64,000 bases of DNA. Source: Octopus vulgaris (lineage: Eukaryota). Positions 56,895-64,000 of this stretch are shown in pieces (positions within the stretch are counted from its first letter, which is position 1; each line of letters begins with the position of its first letter). The position numbers were made by a program, and so were the translations under genes. The stretch is taken from assembly GCA_951406725.2 (NCBI GenBank), contig OX597830.1, positions 17,422,001 to 17,486,000 on the forward strand, written 5' to 3'. The notes below the pieces were generated by a model. The model had not been told where the DNA came from. It worked only from the letters and a program-made list of their open reading frames with translations, and searched no databases.

Positions 56895-57390
56895 TTTTTT
56901 TTTAAAGTTTCAGCTCAGAGCTGCGGCTATGCTGATGCACCGCCGTTTTGCGCTACACTGTTATTACTAGTAGCCTCCTCTAATATGTGGTAATTGATGA
57001 AGAATGGAGTTTGATGTAGCTACCCTCATTTGCACTTCTTGCCGTGAGGTAGGCTCATCTGGGACTCTCGACAGGAAGAGGTCCAGCTTTGATGTAAAAA
57101 CCGCTACATCTACTTTGTGCAAGTTCCTCAGACTCTTTGGGAGAATATTAAAAAGCTGTGGGCCCTTGAAACCCAGGCTGTTGCAGCAACTGGTCCTGAA
57201 GCGTGATGGCATTGCTGGGATCTTTGGCACTATGCAGAGTCGTCCCGTTCTGGCATTGGTGTAGCTTTCAATGCCAAATTTTGGCACAATTCCTTCCAGG
57301 ATCTTCCAGATATATATTACTGCATACCTCTCCCGTCTTCTCTCCAGGGAGTAGAGTCTTAGTTGTTTCAAACTTTTCCAGTAGCTGAGC
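56895..57390 (-). mobile_element. CR1/L2-group LINE 3' end
   Basis: LSYWKSLKQLRLYSLERRRERY..IWKILEG...GPQLFNILP...KLDLFLSRVPDEP, followed by a stem-loop tail. Confidence 0.9.
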
Positions 57391-57657
57391 TGTTGCAAAG
57401 AGACGATCAGTCAATAAAATCTTGCTGCTTTCACACTAAAATGAAAGATTGTATAGTAATATCTATCTCCGTTTTCAGTGTGCATAGGTGTGTATGGATA
57501 TGTGTCCGTGTACATCTGTGTGTGTATGCGTGCGCGTGTGTGTGCGTGCGAGAGAGAGAGAGAGAGAGAGGGAGAGAAAGAGGGAGAGAGATTATTTATT
57601 GATAAGCGAAAGTTAAATAAATGGAGTTAAACGCAAGTGTTATTCAATTCTTTATAC

Positions 57658-57743
57658 TTCCGACATATATTTCGGAGAAAACATTGGTATTATTCCAGAA
57701 GGAATAAAATGATATAAAACGATGCAGTCTTCTCATCAAGGAA
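57658..57743 (-). ncRNA. Degenerate type I hammerhead (core TTGATGA)
   Basis: Minus strand TTCC-TTGATGA-GAAGA...TCTCC-GAAA-TATATG-TC-GGAA. Confidence 0.6.
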
Positions 57744-58335
57744 AAAATGAGAAACAAGACGCATCAATAAGACATTTTAACCGAATGTGATTACTGCATT
57801 TATGATGAAGGGAACGTTGGTAAGTTATTTAAAAAAAATACCGTTAATAGATATAACGTCAAAGGCAATTTATAGAAAGAGAAGGAGGAGGAAGAAAGAA
57901 ATTAGCAGAAAACTAAAAGTAGAGAAATATAGTGCGATAGGTGAATAGGAATAAAGATTAAAGACTAAATATATCTATTTCCATGCCTTTAATCTTTATT
58001 CCTATTCACCTATCGCAGAACTTTCTTTACTTATGCGACGTTCTAAGTACTGGGCGTCCTCTATCCACCCCCTTCTATCTTTACTCTTTTCAAAGAAAAT
58101 ATTTCTTCCAGCTGCTGATGATGAGGATGATATCTTCCACACTAATATAACTAAGCCGACATTTTTTTTATCACAATATGGAAGTTTAGTGATATCCTTA
58201 TCTCTCTTGTTTATCAGATATTTTCTAGCTATTTTCTGTTCCTGAATGGTGAAGGCAAATCCATCTAGGTGGGATGTAATGTATCTATCGCAAGTCCAGA
58301 AGAAGCTATTCTTCCTGTCAATGCTGTTGTTGCCA

Positions 58336-58597
58336 TGTATGTATGTATGTAGGTATGTATGTACGTATGTATGTATGTATGTATGTATGTATGTATGTAT
58401 GTATGTATGTATGTATGTATGTATGTATGTATGTATGTACGTACGTATGTATGTATGTATGTATGTATGTATGTATGTATGTATGTATGTATGTATGTAT
58501 GTATGTATGTATGTATGTATGTATGTATGTATGTATGTATGTGTGTATGTATGTATGTAAGTATGTATGTATGTATGTATGTATGTATGTATGTATG

Positions 58598-58628
<31 letters not shown>

Positions 58629-59008
58629 GTATGTATGTATGTATGTATGTATGTATGTATGTGTGTATGTATGTATGTATGTATGTATGTATGTATGTGT
58701 GTGTGTATGTATGTATGTATGTATGTATGTATGTATGTATGTATGTATGTATGTATGTATGTATGTATGTATGTATGTATGTATGTATGTATGTATGTAT
58801 GTATGTATGTATGTATGTATGTATGTATGTATGTATGTACGTATGTGTATGTATGTATGTGTCTGTCTGTATGTATGTATGTGTATGTATGTATGTATGT
58901 ATGTATGTACGTATGTGTATGTATGTATGTGTCTGTATATATGTATGCATGTATGTATGTATGTATGTATGTATGTATGTATGTATGTATGTATGTATGT
59001 ATGTATGT
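58336..59008. repeat. (TATG)n array
   Basis: Direct reading. Confidence 0.98.
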
Positions 59009-59049
59009 GTGGATAGGTGTATTCATCAATATATCTTTATATTTTTTAT

Positions 59050-59395
59050 TTTTTACATGTTTTAGTCATTAGACTGCCACAATGTTGCCGCATCGCCTTA
59101 AAAAAATGTAGGTAAATTTTCTTTTAAGTTTGATACTTATTTTATCGGTCTGTTTTGCCGAACCGCTAGTGTGCAGCGACGTAAACACACCAACACCAGT
59201 TGTCAAGCGGCAGTGGGGTACAAAGACAGACGCAAAGACATACACACACAGGTAGATATATGATAAGCTTCTTTCAGTTTTCGCCTACCAAATCCACTCA
59301 CAAGGCTTTGGTCGGCCCAAGGCTATAGTAAATAACAGTGAGATTAAGACCGGAAGCAAGTGGCTGGGCAGTAAATGTCTTACAGTACGGCTACA
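59050..59395 (-). mobile_element. SINE B, diverged
   Basis: Family B motifs on the minus strand. Confidence 0.8.
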
Positions 59396-59443
59396 CACAT
59401 GTATGTATGTATGTATCTATCTATCTATCCATCCATAGGATAG

Positions 59444-59768
59444 GAACACTCCGTCGGTTACGACGACGAGGGTCCCAGCTGATACGATCAACAGAACAGC
59501 TTTCTCGTGAAATTAGCGTGCAAGAGACTGAGTAATCCACAGAAACGTGAACCCCTAACGTAATTCTCTGGGAGATTCAGCGTGACACAGAGTGTGACAA
59601 GGCTGGCCCTTTGAAATACAGGTACAACTCCTTTTTGCCAGCTGAGTGGACTGGAGCAATGTGAAATAAAGTGTCTTGCTCAAGGACATAACGCGTCGCC
59701 AGGAATTGAGCTCACGACCTTACAATCGTCAGTCGAATGCCCTAACCACTAAACCACGCGCCTTCACT
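59444..59768 (-). mobile_element. SINE D: different tRNA/CORE-like head joined to tail type 1
   Basis: Head GGCGCGTGGTTTAGTGGTTAGGGC..GTCCTTGAGCAAGACAC; tail GTACCTGTATTTCAAAGGG...GACGGAGTG shared with SINE C. Confidence 0.85.
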
Positions 59769-60611
59769 ATCCATCCATACATGCGTACATACATATGTAC
59801 ATACATGCATACAGACATGCAGATACACACACACATGTTTACACACTCACACATGCTCGTTTATTGTTTTTTTTTTTAATATTCTAACGATTTTTAAATA
59901 TTTGTATCCTTTCTATGAAAAAGGGTACAATTTCATTCAAAAGAAACAAAGTCAAATTGTTAGAATTCCAGCAAAAACAACTGTGAACACTTAGATTTTG
60001 AACTGCAGAAAACATGTTGTATATATCCATACTTACACAAATACATGCACGCATACACACACACATATATATATATATATATGTATGTATATATATATAA
60101 TATTAGGGAGTATAACTCCAAATTTACAGGGAAAAATTCAATTTAGTATTAAATCAAATTTCACAATATAAATATATGAAATATAAACTAGAGATAAGAC
60201 CACTATTATGCAACTCAAACAGTGATAGACATAAACCAAAATATAAATAACAAATACTATATATTTTTATAAAACATAGAACTAAATCTCAAATAGTATA
60301 AAAATGAATGATCAAATATATATATATATAAGTGCATACATATAACATGTATGCATATCTGCTATAATACAAATATCTATGGTGGGTATATTTGTATGTA
60401 TGAACTTGTAGATTTACATGGTTAGATTTGGTGGCGTACATATCCGAATTCAAGACTTCGTAGATTAAGTCGGGAAAAAGTAATGAAACTAATAGTTTTT
60501 TTTATATATATTTATTAGCATTGAAATTCTGAGGAAAATACTCAACTAGTTAGCACGAAATAACTATATAACTATCAGGAAATTGCCTCATCATATATAT
60601 TGCCCCTTCTC

Positions 60612-62940
<2,329 letters not shown>

Positions 62941-63238
62941 AACGTACATAAACACTCACAAAATATAAGAATAGCTATAGATCTCTATCACTCATTCTTT
63001 CTTGTTCTGTATCCACTCGATGTAAATATGCACAGTAATATGTGCAGCTGCACTCAAGCAATCATGCACCGTTTTATGCATCAACAATTGCATATTTTTA
63101 ATACCAAGGTTGATGCACAGCTCTGTACTTGCGCATGAGTTTAATTACGTCTGTATCTTGCCTATATGAATATACTTACATAAACACAGACACTCATATA
63201 TAAATATACATATATAATCTCTCTCTCCTCTCTCTCCC

Positions 63239-63293
<55 letters not shown>

Positions 63294-63553
63294 CCAGTTT
63301 GGTTGAGGGGAACTGGAAAAACAGAATTCAAAATATGGGTACATATACATTTTTTTATTGATATTTGGCAGAAGTGACTCAAAGGCTGAGTTTCATGCCA
63401 CCGCACGAAACTCTCAGCCCTCGAGTCACTTTTTGCTGTTGCTGAATATGAAAACACACGCACACATTTGTGTGTGTGTGTATATATATATTTATCGCCA
63501 TGATAGATCGTTAGCCACTACACACATTTTTTTCTCCTTGTTTTTTCCGTGTC

Positions 63554-63591
63554 CCTTTCTGTAGAAGAGCGTAGACTCGAAACGTAAAAGA
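63554..63591 (+). ncRNA. Minimal hammerhead, variant core, in element 63495-63682
   Basis: CTTT-CTGTAGA-A-GAGC-GTAG-ACTC-GAAA-CG-TA-AAAG; same family as 447-484. Confidence 0.6.
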
Positions 63592-63719
63592 CTTATTCTA
63601 TTCCTGAGCGTTATACTAATACATCTGTTTGTTTTGTACACCACCTGTCATCGTCTTTTGTTTTTTTTCCGTAAACTCTCCCTATATATATATAAAACTA
63701 TATATATCTATATATAAAC

Positions 63720-64000
63720 GATGAACATCGCCCTTTTCAAGCCTAGCCAGGTTCACGGGCCCGGTTTCCCGGTTTCTGTGGCGTATGTATTTCCTCCAGC
63801 TGGACGGGACGCCAGTCCATCGCAGCGTTACTCAAGAAACAGGAAGAAAGAGAGTGAGAGAAAGTTGTGGCGAAAGAGTACAACAGGGGTCACCCCGCCC
63901 TGCCTTTTAGGTGTTTTCGCTCAGTAAACACACCCAACGCCCGGTCTGGCAATCGAAACCACGATCCTCCGACCGCGTATCAGCTGCCCTAACGACTGGG
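63720..64000 (-). mobile_element. SINE C head with tail type 3 (runs off the window)
   Basis: Family C head, then CTGCGATGGACTGGCGTCCCGTCCAG, resembling the V-SINE conserved domain. Confidence 0.85.

Noticed and set aside
58265-59065. Long ORFs such as (HTYI)n and (MYVC)n, also at 34908-35687 and 60550-61379
   Set aside because: Translations of (CATA)n/(TA)n microsatellites that lack stop codons by composition.

Overview
AT-rich, microsatellite-saturated eukaryotic DNA, almost certainly intronic or intergenic. The tRNA-derived SINE families and the (TA)n/(CA)n/(CATA)n load suggest an octopus or other cephalopod (inference). I can support no host protein-coding exon: nearly every ORF in the track is a translated microsatellite or a transposon fragment. 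The window is a mosaic of tRNA-derived SINEs (here called A-D), decayed mariner/Tc1/pogo transposons, R4/Dong-, RTE- and CR1/L2-type LINE fragments, a decayed Penelope-like element (PLE; RT + GIY-YIG), and many short PLE-type terminal repeats. Main signals: (1) at least nine minimal type I hammerhead ribozyme folds with palindromic stem III, including a family with a non-canonical core (CUGU[U/A]GA); (2) a non-coding element joining a tRNA-like Pol III head to a hammerhead, inserted as a PLE-style head-to-head inversion, i.e. a candidate Penelope-mobilised ribozyme-SINE; (3) a SINE copied about 8 kb away in inverted orientation with about 277 bp of its 3' flank and a second SINE 3' end, all inside one target-site duplication (TSD); (4) visible SINE head/tail shuffling and a SINE-LINE shared 3' tail. 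All folds and alignments were done by eye, so boundaries are approximate.
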